Source: Seison nebaliae (lineage: Eukaryota). Taken from it: a stretch of DNA of 42,720 nt. Every line of letters starts with the position of its first letter. Position 1 is the stretch's first letter. The notes beneath the pieces are model-generated. The model was not told the DNA's origin. It ran no database searches and saw nothing but the letters and a program-made list of their open reading frames with translations. Location: contig JALJEE010000318.1 of NCBI GenBank assembly GCA_023231475.1, positions 1 to 42,720 of the forward strand. Direction: 5' to 3'. Position numbers and translations under genes: made by a program. Below, piece after piece: positions 27,061 to 38,535 of this stretch.

Positions 27061-27704
27061 TATCCCACCAGAATAACCTAACTGCTAACTTTAGATATTT
27101 GATTGCAATTAATACGATCCTCATTTTAAAAACTGTTTTAAATAAATAGATAGTTAAGTTGATTGTTAGATAGCAAGTTCTTATTATTGTTACTATTCTT
27201 TATATTTTAGATTCGCATAGGTATCTAATCATTCCATTCATGCTAATCATAACTATACCACCAAGAAGACGAATATGTTCATTGTTCGGACGAGAGCTGA
27301 AATTCATAGGAAATTACAGTTATAAATGTATTACGAAATTATGAACTATTACAAAGATAGTACCTGCTTTAGAGAATTGGATTACCGACTCAACTACGAT
27401 CAAGAAGATTAAGAACGAAGAACATATACATATAATCCAGAACTACGGAAATACCCAAAAGAAAAGATGTTGAAAATCGTTTCCTTCGGAGAGATCGGAA
27501 AATCGGAGAGAAAGGAGAACAGGTGACTTGCCATAATACAGAACTCAGCGATTGATAAAACATAGAATTTGTACCGGAAATACTTCTTAGAAGTAATTAA
27601 TGCAGATCTCATCAAAACTGTGGGTTTTATACTCACATTATATTATATTATATTTCGACTTTATATTATATTCGATTCAACTGTGTATATAATTCTTCTG
27701 GGGG

Positions 27705-27856
27705 AAAATCATAAAAATTCCATAGAAAAACCATGGTAAAATTGTGGACAAATGCCACTTAAAAATCACGAAAAAATCATCAAAAAATCACAAAAAAACC
27801 ATGAAAATGAGGAAAACTTTAAATTTTTCATGAGCAAAACGTAGACAAATGCCGCG
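27705..27856 (+). repeat. Clustered short repeats upstream of the USP-like gene
   Basis: About seven A4-7(T/C)CA(T/C)-like units, plus two copies of GTRGACAAATGCCRC (core GACAAATGCC at 27747-27756 and 27844-27853), followed by a TATA-like CTATAAG near 27875. Confidence 0.6.
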
Positions 27857-28000
27857 TAGCAAAATTTTGTTCTACTATAAGAAGTTTTCTGATTTGAGAA
27901 GAACAAGGATTTGAGTGTTTATAAGTTAGTTAGTTTTTAAGTTAATTTCTAGTTTGAATTTCTGTATGTTTGTTTTTTTTGTTAAATAGTAGATATAAAA

Positions 28001-29848
28001 ATGGACCTACTTAAACCTCCATCTGTCAAAAACATGTATGGCATCTGTAATATAATCTCTGCATATCAATTAATCTTATTTACGCCATATTGGCTTTATA
28101 AATTTTTGGAAAATTATGAATGTACACCCGATGTTTGTAAACTAATAAGTAGAGTTAATTCAACTAGAACCTGTGACATGATTAATTTTGACAAGAGTTT
28201 GCGTTATTCTTATCTGATACATGAAATGTTGATATTTAGTGGTGGCCATAAAACTAATGAAAAGGATTCAGATAACAATAATGAATATCCAATTGGTGCA
28301 AACACAAAACGAAATGTCAGTTTAGGCGTTCATAATTTTATGAGAATGAATCTGATGAATTATAAATATCCTAAAAATGAAACAAGTACTAGAATCTCCT
28401 TTCAAAGAAATAGAACTCATAAATTAAGTGAAGATGATTGGAAGGAAAACGAATTAGAAAATGGAACAAATGTTGAACTAATTGACGAAGGAGATCTGAT
28501 GAGGACAATGTATAATAATTATTACTTATGTTATGATTTATGGAATCCAATGATGTTTCTTTTGCATCATCTGTTTTTTCAACCTAACGATATTCTCAAA
28601 GAAGAAATCGTTTGGAATATATATAAGAAAAATGGAAGTAATGAAACGGTTAGTACATCGAAAGTTTTTTATCCAATGTACAAACGTAGACAAGGAGAAT
28701 TTATTGCATATTCTTCATTCTTCAGTTCCTTGTACTTAGGAACACTTTTTAATCAAACTGATGATAAGTATTATCTCTCGAAAAAAATATTAGGCGCATA
28801 TTTAAACAATATTCACATTCGGACATTTTCCGAACGATTTAAAAATGAGATCTCATGGGTAAGAGAAACGGTTGCAGAAATTATTACAAAGCATAATTTT
28901 CCAAAAATTGTAATTACTGAAGAATTTTTTGAAAGCAAAATGTTCTATGCTTCTGAAATTAACTCCAAGACTTATCAGAATATAAATAACAGATTTTTTT
29001 CGGTACTTAACTCTAAGGAAAATAAAATCGAGATGCTTATTAAAATGAATAGTGACCCATTACCACCTCCAGAAGTTAGACAGTATTTTCCTAATCTACC
29101 GGAACATTTTTGGAATGAGAATGAACTTTTACCAATGAGAATATTTCAAGATATCGTCGAAAATGACATTTCCTATTCAATTTACGCAATGAGATTAAAA
29201 AACTATCATAGGCATTACACATTAGGAAATGAAAAGCCCAAAGTGTTTATCACAAACCGGAAGAAATATCTTATTAATCATCGTAATAACCGTGTCAACC
29301 AAATAATTGGACGTATGAATTTAAATACATTTACAGGGGATACAGAAGAGGAAAAATATCTGAGAAAGGTCGTTGAAGACATAGCTTGGAAGGAAACCCT
29401 GGCTACTGCTGGAAACTACTATTTCAAAAAACAAGTTTTTTTTAAAAATATAATTACAAATCTTTCACCATTTATTGAACGTAACGATGAAAATCCCGCA
29501 ACCGGCCATTCAATAGCTCTCGTCAAATCTTTTACTAAACCAGTTTGGTATTTGGTTGATAACCGTAAAGTGATAACAATTAATAGTTTAAAAAGATTTT
29601 TAAATCAGAGACCCTTGAGAAGATATCGTGATTTTTATATATCTACCATAATGTGGCATGAGACAAACTCTTATAGGGAAGAATTGGATAAAATTAAAAA
29701 TATTCTAAAATCTACTTGTACAATGAATGAGACGATGCGAAATACTACTACCACTTCAAGTACGACTACTACTGAAAAGCAAAATAGAAAGCGATCATCA
29801 TCCATAATGTCTACAAAACCATCAAAATTTTGCAAAAAAGGAGGGTAG
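28001..29848 (+). CDS. Highly divergent ubiquitin-specific protease (peptidase C19/USP)-like protein, 615 aa, uninterrupted CDS
   Basis: Cys box SVKN(11)MYGIC(16)NIISAYQLILFTP corresponds to G.xNxGNTCYxNSxxQxLxxxP. His box TGH(503)SIALVK....WYLVD(520)NRKV corresponds to GHYxxxxK...WxxxDDxxV. The Asn-Cys spacing (5) and His-Asp spacing (17) equal those of USP7 (N218/C223, H464/D481). Likely GTTAGT 5'UTR intron at 27925-27989. Confidence 0.72.
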   Translation: MDLLKPPSVKNMYGICNIISAYQLILFTPYWLYKFLENYECTPDVCKLISRVNSTRTCDMINFDKSLRYSYLIHEMLIFSGGHKTNEKDSDNNNEYPIGANTKRNVSLGVHNFMRMNLMNYKYPKNETSTRISFQRNRTHKLSEDDWKENELENGTNVELIDEGDLMRTMYNNYYLCYDLWNPMMFLLHHLFFQPNDILKEEIVWNIYKKNGSNETVSTSKVFYPMYKRRQGEFIAYSSFFSSLYLGTLFNQTDDKYYLSKKILGAYLNNIHIRTFSERFKNEISWVRETVAEIITKHNFPKIVITEEFFESKMFYASEINSKTYQNINNRFFSVLNSKENKIEMLIKMNSDPLPPPEVRQYFPNLPEHFWNENELLPMRIFQDIVENDISYSIYAMRLKNYHRHYTLGNEKPKVFITNRKKYLINHRNNRVNQIIGRMNLNTFTGDTEEEKYLRKVVEDIAWKETLATAGNYYFKKQVFFKNIITNLSPFIERNDENPATGHSIALVKSFTKPVWYLVDNRKVITINSLKRFLNQRPLRRYRDFYISTIMWHETNSYREELDKIKNILKSTCTMNETMRNTTTTSSTTTTEKQNRKRSSSIMSTKPSKFCKKGG

Positions 29849-30018
29849 TTCATATAATATTCATAATTATTGTTAGTCATGTGATTTGTTAAGAATATAC
29901 AGTAGTAAATAAATTATAGAATTTTAGAGTTCAATAAGAAATTTAATAATGTAAATAAAGAATATGGACTATAGTTGTAAAGAAACGTTTAATAATTGAT
30001 ATTATAATTACAATTTAA

Positions 30019-33000
30019 TTACACATCATTCCGATGTGGATTTATATAACCCGTTCGCTTAATTGGCGAATTAGTTGATAAGGAAATAGATGGTAGTGCA
30101 TCATCATCTGGAATCGAGTGCATTAGTAATGAAGTGTTTGGTTCAACACTAGCTAGAGTATAATCGCCATAAGAGACAGATGATGATTTCAAAGAAGTTA
30201 AATCATATTCTTGTCGAGATTTTGAAGTGCGACCATTCTCTTCAGTTAACATATATTCAGAATTAGCCGAATTAGAAATTTTCATGTCATTCTTATGAAT
30301 ATTCTCCCGGTTGGATAAAGGAGAGAAAGTATGAAAATTTCGTTTTCGATTCTCTTCCTCATTGTACGATATACGGAATGCATCTTTTAAATAAGTTTAA
30401 ATAAGAATTATTAAGAAGAAAGAAACTTTTATTTGATAATTGCTTATTCTCAAACACTTGAGAATATTCGACGACTGGTTTTTTATCGATAATATTACGA
30501 AATTGTTGAGCGAATGATGTGTTACTATTCGATATCTTAATATTGTTATTCTTCTCTGTCGTTTCCAATCGGATATAATTTGATTGAGAATTATTTGGGG
30601 TAATGATACTAGAATTCTTTTTGTTACGAATTTTATTTCCGTTGAAACATGATAATAATGAGAAATTTAAACGATTCTTTCTCTCATTAAATAATTTGGT
30701 AGGAGAATTGATGTTTGGTGGATCGATTTCATCATTATTAATCCTTAATTCTTCATCATTCACTAATTGTTCACAATTGAGTCCTATTAAATTCTTACCA
30801 TAATCATATGATGAATGATGATCAATATCATTGACATTATGATTATTATAATTCTTCAAATTGTTTCTATTAGTTGTAAATTTGAAAAGTTTCTTGCTAC
30901 GTTTCTTTTGCAGTTTGCTAGTTGGTGTTGTTGTTGTTAGTGGTGGTGGCGGTGGCGGTGGCGGTGGATCTTGAACAAAATTGATAGTTAAATTATCGAG
31001 AAAATTATTCTCTGTTTTTTTTCGATTGTTTATTCTTCCAATGGTTGGTGAAGGATGTAAGAAATGTGGGAATATTTCTTTTGCAATAGTTAATGGGAGA
31101 ATGAGATATAAAACAAATTTGTGAATTGATGGAAAATAAATGAATTGATAGATATCTATTGAGAATTTGTGGTTGAAGTCGGAACTTCTCATCGTTTTCG
31201 CCAAATGTGATTCGATTGCTGCACTGGCCGTTTCTGAATGATCATCTTCATCATCATCGATAATATCGATCTCATCATCATCCATCATTGGATTGAGATC
31301 ATTTTGAGCGTCATAAATAAAAGTGTTTCTTAGATCACGTAAGAGATTGAAAGAATCTTTCGTTCCATTCACTCGATGACAATAATTTAATAAAATGTCT
31401 TTCATTGTTGACCATTTCTTCATATTAATCGGTTTTCCCAATTGTAATTCTGACCAGTCATCACTAATTACGTCGACATCGGCGAACATTCTTATTGGAA
31501 TATAAACGATCGGTAATCGACGTCCATGTGGAACAGAGGCGACAATGACAAATGGAGACATATAATTACTTTCTTTTAAAACTAATTTATTTAAATTATC
31601 CGATTCATCGTCAGAAGATGATTGAGTCAATCGTTTGAAAATTGATGCGGATAAACCGTTAGAGAAGATTGTTGGCATATTATCCTTCACTTTATTCGTC
31701 TCATTCTTCTTCTGATTCACATTCTTATTTCCATCACCTCCACTCCCTTCTTCATCATTCTCCAATTGCAGATAATTAGTAAAGACATTCAATTTCGTTA
31801 TGTTACTACGACGTTCGTTCCGTTTTTGCAATTGGCGATTCATCTGTCGGGCATTCATCAATGAGAATGGAATGACACAATAAATATAAGTTAACAATGT
31901 GGGCACACCAAATCCAATGACGAGAACGGCCAAAATTGGAGCTACTAATGTTGCACCAATAACACTGATACAAACTAATGATCGACGTTGATGTCGATTG
32001 AGTTTTTTCAACGCAGCCGATTTCCTCAAATTTGAATTTGATACTTTTTTCCTCAACAAATATGAATGAAATTTCTTTCCTACTAATATTGGTAATGCAA
32101 CAATAATTGAAGGAATAGCAGCAAATGACAATAATAATATAAAAATTGGAGCACCCAACATCGTACCGATTTGTGTTAATATACGTTTCTTTCGACCCCA
32201 TGGTCGGTTGCCCCAAAATGTACATCCAGAAGGTGAGAGATAATGCAAATCACTAATCTCATTCAAACACAACCAACAAAATTCACAATGGCATGCTGCA
32301 CAAACCATTTGATTACAAGTACCATCATCTGGTTTGACGATACATGTCTGACAACGTGGACAACATTTGATCGTTTCTCTCTGATGATTTGTTGATCGAG
32401 AACTCTTCGATGCTTGTAAGAGAGTGAACGGACTTATAACTTCTTCACCAATCAATGTTTCCGTATCTTCCTCCATTAACACTGATGATCTTGCTAATGA
32501 TGATGATGATGATGATGATATAGACGAGGAGGAAGAGGATTCATGAGGAGATGGTTGTGATGATGATTTAGCTAATGATATTGACGCCATTCGCTCCCAA
32601 ACTTCTTTGGAACTAGTTAATTTTTTTCGTAAATCTGATTCCTGTTCATTCGACAAATTGACGAGTGATTCCACAATATGTTTATGGAAGAAAGATTTCT
32701 TATTAATTGTATCATGTTTCGGCCATCTTCCAACAAATTTCCTTTCTCTCAAATTGTCTTTCGCTTTCAATTTGTGATAAGGACAACAAATCAAAATGAT
32801 TTCATCATCCAACAATTCTTTCGATGTTCTTCTTTCTTCTTCATCATCAATCAATAATTCGGTTAATCTCTTCTTTGAATTAATATCATTCGTTGAATAT
32901 AATTGTGCTTGAATAGTTGTCTCCAACATTGACGATTCAGATGATGGTGAAGATTTCTTTGAAAGAAATCGATTAATAAATCGATCTTTAAATGTTCTCC

Positions 33001-36000
33001 CATTCCTTTTTGATTTGACTCGTGTTCCTCTCTTATTCAAATTCTTCTTAATAATAAATTTCTCATAAGAGAAACTTCTTAATAAGAAATCTTGAAGTAT
33101 TCTATCAATTCCATTAACATCCATCTCATCATATTGTTCTTCCATTTTAAAAGGGAAATTACTTTTGAAGAATTGATGGAATGGAGATATATTCTTCCCC
33201 GTCATCAACCATTGATATTTTAAGAGTACAATAAATTGAGATAAAGAATAATTGGATTTCATTTGATATTCTGTTGATAATAAAAATTTCTCATTTGACA
33301 GATTGGATTCTTCATCCGTTTCATTCTTATTCTCATTATCATCAATTCCTTTATAAAATGTGTTTTTATTCAAATTCTTTATCGTTAAATAATTCTCATA
33401 ATTTAACTCCATTTTATGGATTCGATAATGTTTATTCATATATTCTTTATTGACGAAGAATAATGAATATATTGATGAGATAATCGATACGGTTCCTTCA
33501 TCATCTGATGATCTTTCCATATTCATCGGTTTGTCAATGACATTGGAAAGAAATAATCCGAAATCGGAAGGAAATGTTAATAATATATCTAATTCATTCT
33601 TTCCATGAAACATGAATTGAGGCAGATTAACAAATAATGAATGAAGTCGTTTACATTGAATTTCTTCATCATTTGGTGATTGAACAATAATTTCTGGAGA
33701 TTTTTTCTTCTTCTTCTTCATCTTCTTCCTCAAATCATGAGGATAAGCGAATATCAAATATAATCGAAGAAGAATTAATGTTAATTTGAAAATGACCAAT
33801 TTTCTCAATTGAATTATATTCTCCGTCTTATCTAATGGCATCACATACTTCTCCATAAACGAATTATATTGAACATACAAATGAGCAGAAAGTTTTTCGA
33901 AAAAACTCTCATCCGTCTCTCCCAACAACTTCGAGAAAGTTATTGTTCCAGTGAAGAATTTATAGAATGCTGTAGTATATGCTTGAAACGTAGAATATTG
34001 TCGATCTCCACTAACGATCGAATAAACGGTTGTCGAATGAATCCAACCGATGAATGTCTTCATCAATTTCATTCGATAGAAAACTAATTTTTCCATTTTA
34101 TTCAAATGATTGAATAATAAGAAATTAGTGGCGAAAACTTGAATGATTGCGAATGATTCTTCCAAATAGTTGACTCCAGAGAAATCTGTCAAATTCTCAC
34201 TAGTGTTCTCAATCTCTCCAAAATGATAAGGTAATTGGAATGCGAATTTCATGCAATCGAGTAGACTACAACGGAATTTTAAGAAACTTTCCAAACTTTT
34301 CAATTTGAATGACAAATTTTCATTTGTGAACTCTAACATATCTCGTAATTTATTATCATCTTTCCTCAACGACAATGGTAAGGAGACGACAGAAGGCGAA
34401 AAAGAATCTGACGTTTCCGTTTCCGTTATTGTTGATGGTTCATGAGATAAATCAAGAGAAACATTTTTACTTTTATTCTTCTTCTTTTTCTTATTCTTCA
34501 TTGTTGATATCGGCTCCAAATTATTCATAATACTCCTCAAATTATTTTTAGTAGGAACGGTGGAAGTGGTGGTGATTGTTGTTGTTGGTTCTTTTGATGG
34601 AATCTTATTTGGACCACGAATTGATTGTTCGAAAGATTCAAATTTGCATTCTTTCCATTTACACGAATTATTCCAAACGAATCGACAATTTGAACAAAAA
34701 ACTGTTGAACATTTCTTACAATCGATTCTCTCACGACAAACATCATCTTTATTATTGTTCATATTCGTGTTGAATAAAACAAAATAATTACAATCGGTTT
34801 GTGGACAATATCTCAAGTTCTTGTTATCAGTTATAATCAACGTTTTCCTTATCATATATTCTTCATAACGTCTAATAAAATCATTCGTTAATAATCCATA
34901 ATCATAAATAAATGAATTCGTCAAATCATCATCACAACATGGACATGGCAAAGGAACAACTCTCCAATCGTCGATGGCTGTTTCCAAATATATTCGAAGA
35001 CATTCACGACACATAATATGTTGACATGATTCATTAACAAACAAATTCACTCGTCGTTGACAATACCATCGTCTGGATTTCAAATGAGATCGAATATACG
35101 ATTCATTCTCAAATATATTTGGTTGATTCAAAAGTGCTCGTTCGTTTCCTGTCAATGTTTTCCGATTGATATTCTTCTTCATTTCATCTTTGTTCATGAG
35201 AATTCCATCCAATTTCTTTCCGTTACTCACTCCATCAGTTTTTTGGAGATTATGTTGAAGACATTTCGTTTGTAACGGTGGTAAATTTTGTGTTGACATT
35301 TGTTGTGACGATGTAGATGGTATAAATAATGAGGTTGACGATGGAGGAATTAATGAACATTTAGTGCGAGAACTTTTTTCATCGAACTCGATTTTCTGTT
35401 TCTTTTTAACAAGAGACTCCTGAAGAAGAATGTCATCTAATCGGACTTCTCGAATGAATGTGGGTAATTGATAATGAATAATCTGATTATTATTAATTGT
35501 TCTCTTCACATATGGTGCATAAGTCGAATGGGTAGTTCCTGGTGAGAATTGAGAGGAGGAAGAAGAGAATGTCTGTGAAGATTTGGAGAAGAGTAACGAA
35601 TCTAATTGATCATTAAAATGTTTCGTTAGATGATTCAATTCAAAATTAATTTTATTAATTTTTCTCAATAATGTTTGTTGTCGATCATCATCTTTCTCAC
35701 AATCAGATTTGTCCATTGATGTTGGGAGGAAATATTGTCTATAAAAATTGAACAATTCCGTATTGAGATCACATTTCGATTGAAATTCTAAATATTTTTT
35801 CGAAAAATTCAATTCATTCTCATACAATAAATCATGACGGATAATGTCAGCAGTCGAATGATAATTCGTATAAACTGATGCGAAATCCATCATACAATAA
35901 CAGATGGAACATTCAATACATTCGTTCTTCATTACTGTATGATTGATTAATGCACTTTGTTTCATCGTTTCATTCTCACTCTTCTCCAATACTAATCTCT

Positions 36001-36232
36001 TCTTCTTCCTCTTCACAATGTTATTGTTATTATTGTTATTGTCATTGGTACCGTTAACTGATGGAACATCAAGAGGGGAATAAACTTCTTTTTTATTTAA
36101 ACTACTCGAATCAATCCAATTCTCATCGGCCAAATATTCCGTGTTCATCTCAAATTCTTCTGCTGCTTCTTCCGCCCGATAACGAGCTTCCAGACGACTA
36201 TGATATGCGTCATCGTTTCCATTCTCCGTCAT
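30019..36232 (-). CDS. RNF19A: RBR E3 ubiquitin ligase RNF19/Dorfin-like, about 2056 aa (exons 36232-30427 and 30383-30019)
   Basis: RING2 plus the RNF19 signature IKCCPRC..CIVKPDDGTCNQMVCAACHCEFCWLCLNEISDLHYLSPSGCTFWGNRPW..KKRIL.QIGTMLGAP, two hydrophobic TM segments, IBR LRYCPQTDC...CKKCSTVFCSNC and RING1 pieces. A 43-nt GTT..AAG intron (30426-30384) joins the last exon in frame. RNF19A versus B is not resolvable. Confidence 0.9.
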
Positions 36233-37713
36233 TACAAATACGAAATCGACATAGAAATTTTATTGTTTTTTCGTTTTCCTTTTTATTTTTCTTTTTTTCT
36301 TCCGGATCGACCAACTACCTAGAATATTCTGTGAAATAAATAAATTTTTTTGAAGAAAACGTTCATCCGACTTTAATAACTTGAAAGTGTGATTGAAAAA
36401 GTTCATTTTGTTTAATAATGAAAGAAGATAAATAAGAGAAATTAGTGAAGAGGAAATGGAGAGGCATAAAAATGAAGGAATTTGAAAGGAAAGAATATTT
36501 TGAAAATTTTCTTTCGCTAATTTTATTATTGAACAGAAAATAGAAAAATTGAAGATCTGTTTCAATTCATTCTTTCCTTTAAAATTTCTGTTCAATTTAC
36601 TTTTCCATAAGCAGATATATATTAATAAATTTTTATATATATATATATCTAATAGAATTTAGTACTTTTTTTTTCATTCATCACATTTCATTTAGTTCTC
36701 GTTCCATCATCAACATTACTCATCATTCATTAACCGATCGTCGTCTAAAAAGAAATGTCGCCCTTTCTACTCATGATGTGTTATGGAATTATATTATGTT
36801 CAGTATTTTGTTTATTGAAAATCTTATCCGTTTCTCCGCCTCCTCGTATACAATCACACATGCAACGATTACAACAGGAGATTAAAAATGAAAATTGTTG
36901 TTGCCAGAACAATATATGCAGTAAAGTTGCATAATAATGCACCTCATATACTCTACTTATTTACTTACCATATCATGCACATGATACCAATAATAATCAT
37001 CATCATAATAATAATAATGATAACAATACCATCTTTCTCCTCTCATTTCTCAATATCACATGTTATAATTCAATAAACAAATAATCTTTTCATCTTCCTC
37101 CTTCATCTCATTTAATCGTCTTATGATAAGAACTTATATCATCTCCTATATAATCGCATATTATATTATATGTAATAAACAAAAATTTATTGAATCGTTA
37201 ATCATCTAAAAAATATTACATTTTTCCATTCAAATTATTCACCATGAAGAAGAAGGTTCCGTAAAAATGGATTATTTACTTATGTTAGTCCATTAAGCTG
37301 TTGATCAACGTCAGCTAACAAAATTAACTAAAAAAAATTTATCTTTCCGAAAAGAAGAAAATATAATTGTTTCATAAAAACGAGAGATATTTCATATTTA
37401 CTTACTTTTATATGTTTGTGGGGAAAATAAGATGTTTTAATGAAAATAATTTGAGAGAATTTATAAATTGGGAAACGTTATGATGATGAACAATAACGAA
37501 TGAAGATTAATTAATTTTGTGCAGTGTAACAGGGAAGAATGGTCACTTAAAATACAAATTCTTTAATTTCCTTAATTAAAACTTTCCCTTTTTTAATTTA
37601 CTTTCCATTTCTTTTTTGCTCGAACTTCATTTTTTTAGTTTCTTTTCTTTCTTTCCTTCTCCCCTCCTTCCACTTTTTTTTATTAGCCTACCGCACCTCC
37701 CACATAGCCAAAT

Positions 37714-38019
37714 ATGATGTCATTTATTGTCGCCATTCTTGTTTACTTATTGATTCTATATTTCATTTTTGGGCAAATGTACCAACGGAATCATACATGT
37801 TCTTTCTGTCCATCCGTTCTCGAATATTGTAGTAATTATGCGAGATATCCCATGAAGTGTGCTGGCATTGAACGGAATAAAGATCCAGCCGCTAGAATAA
37901 GGAAAACGGATAACGACATAATCGTTGTTGGATTTCAACCGACCATTCGGGATAAACGACCAGATGATAAAATGACAATAATGGACAAACAAATTAATAA
38001 ATCAGGCAAAAAGAAGTAA
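37714..38019 (+). CDS. Small protein with N-terminal hydrophobic anchor/signal, 101 aa, unknown function
   Basis: ATG-initiated ORF, FIVAILVYLLILYFIFG hydrophobic stretch, CxxC plus two more Cys, coding-like composition in an AT-rich background. Confidence 0.5.
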   Translation: MMSFIVAILVYLLILYFIFGQMYQRNHTCSFCPSVLEYCSNYARYPMKCAGIERNKDPAARIRKTDNDIIVVGFQPTIRDKRPDDKMTIMDKQINKSGKKK

Positions 38020-38316
38020 AATGATTTGTGTTTTACCACTTGCGGAACAGTTAACAATTAATTGCTTCAGCTCATGAACTTTTTTTTACAAGTTTTACTA
38101 ACTTGAGATAAGATGGAACTTGAGATAAAGATTGAAAGAAACAATTTTACGTTGTATCCCTCGAAAAAATAAATTTGCTTTACTATGTACTTTCTGTTGC
38201 ATTAGCAGATTTCTTTTCTTTCATTCCTTTTAAACGAATTCGAAATTTTTATTTTATAACACCTTTTCTTTTTTTTTTATTTTCCCTCATTTTAATTTCT
38301 TGGAATATTTTGAAAA

Positions 38317-38535
38317 ATGATGAAATTAACCGAATTCCAATTTCATGTTTCATTCATTCTCTATACCACCATCCTCTTGTCTGTATTGGTGGCACTACAA
38401 TTTTTAGTATCTGATGCCATTCTATTGCCACATTGTCGTGGCTCTTCCAAATCGAAAATCATGAAACGGAAAAAGCAGCAAAAAGAAAATAATCATGTGG
38501 AACAAAATGATCCTTCTCTGAAAGAGGTAGATTGA
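38317..38535 (+). CDS. Small single-pass membrane protein candidate, 72 aa
   Basis: Hydrophobic FILYTTILLSVLVALQFLV followed by a basic/polar tail (KSKIMKRKKQQKE). Confidence 0.4.
   Translation: MMKLTEFQFHVSFILYTTILLSVLVALQFLVSDAILLPHCRGSSKSKIMKRKKQQKENNHVEQNDPSLKEVD

Noticed and set aside
32366..35899. Inteins as an explanation for the RNF19 insertions
   Set aside because: No recognisable intein blocks or LAGLIDADG motifs, and much of the sequence is low-complexity.
30603..36339. Antisense and alternate-frame ORFs within RNF19
   Set aside because: Shadow ORFs of the main frame and its low-complexity codon repeats.
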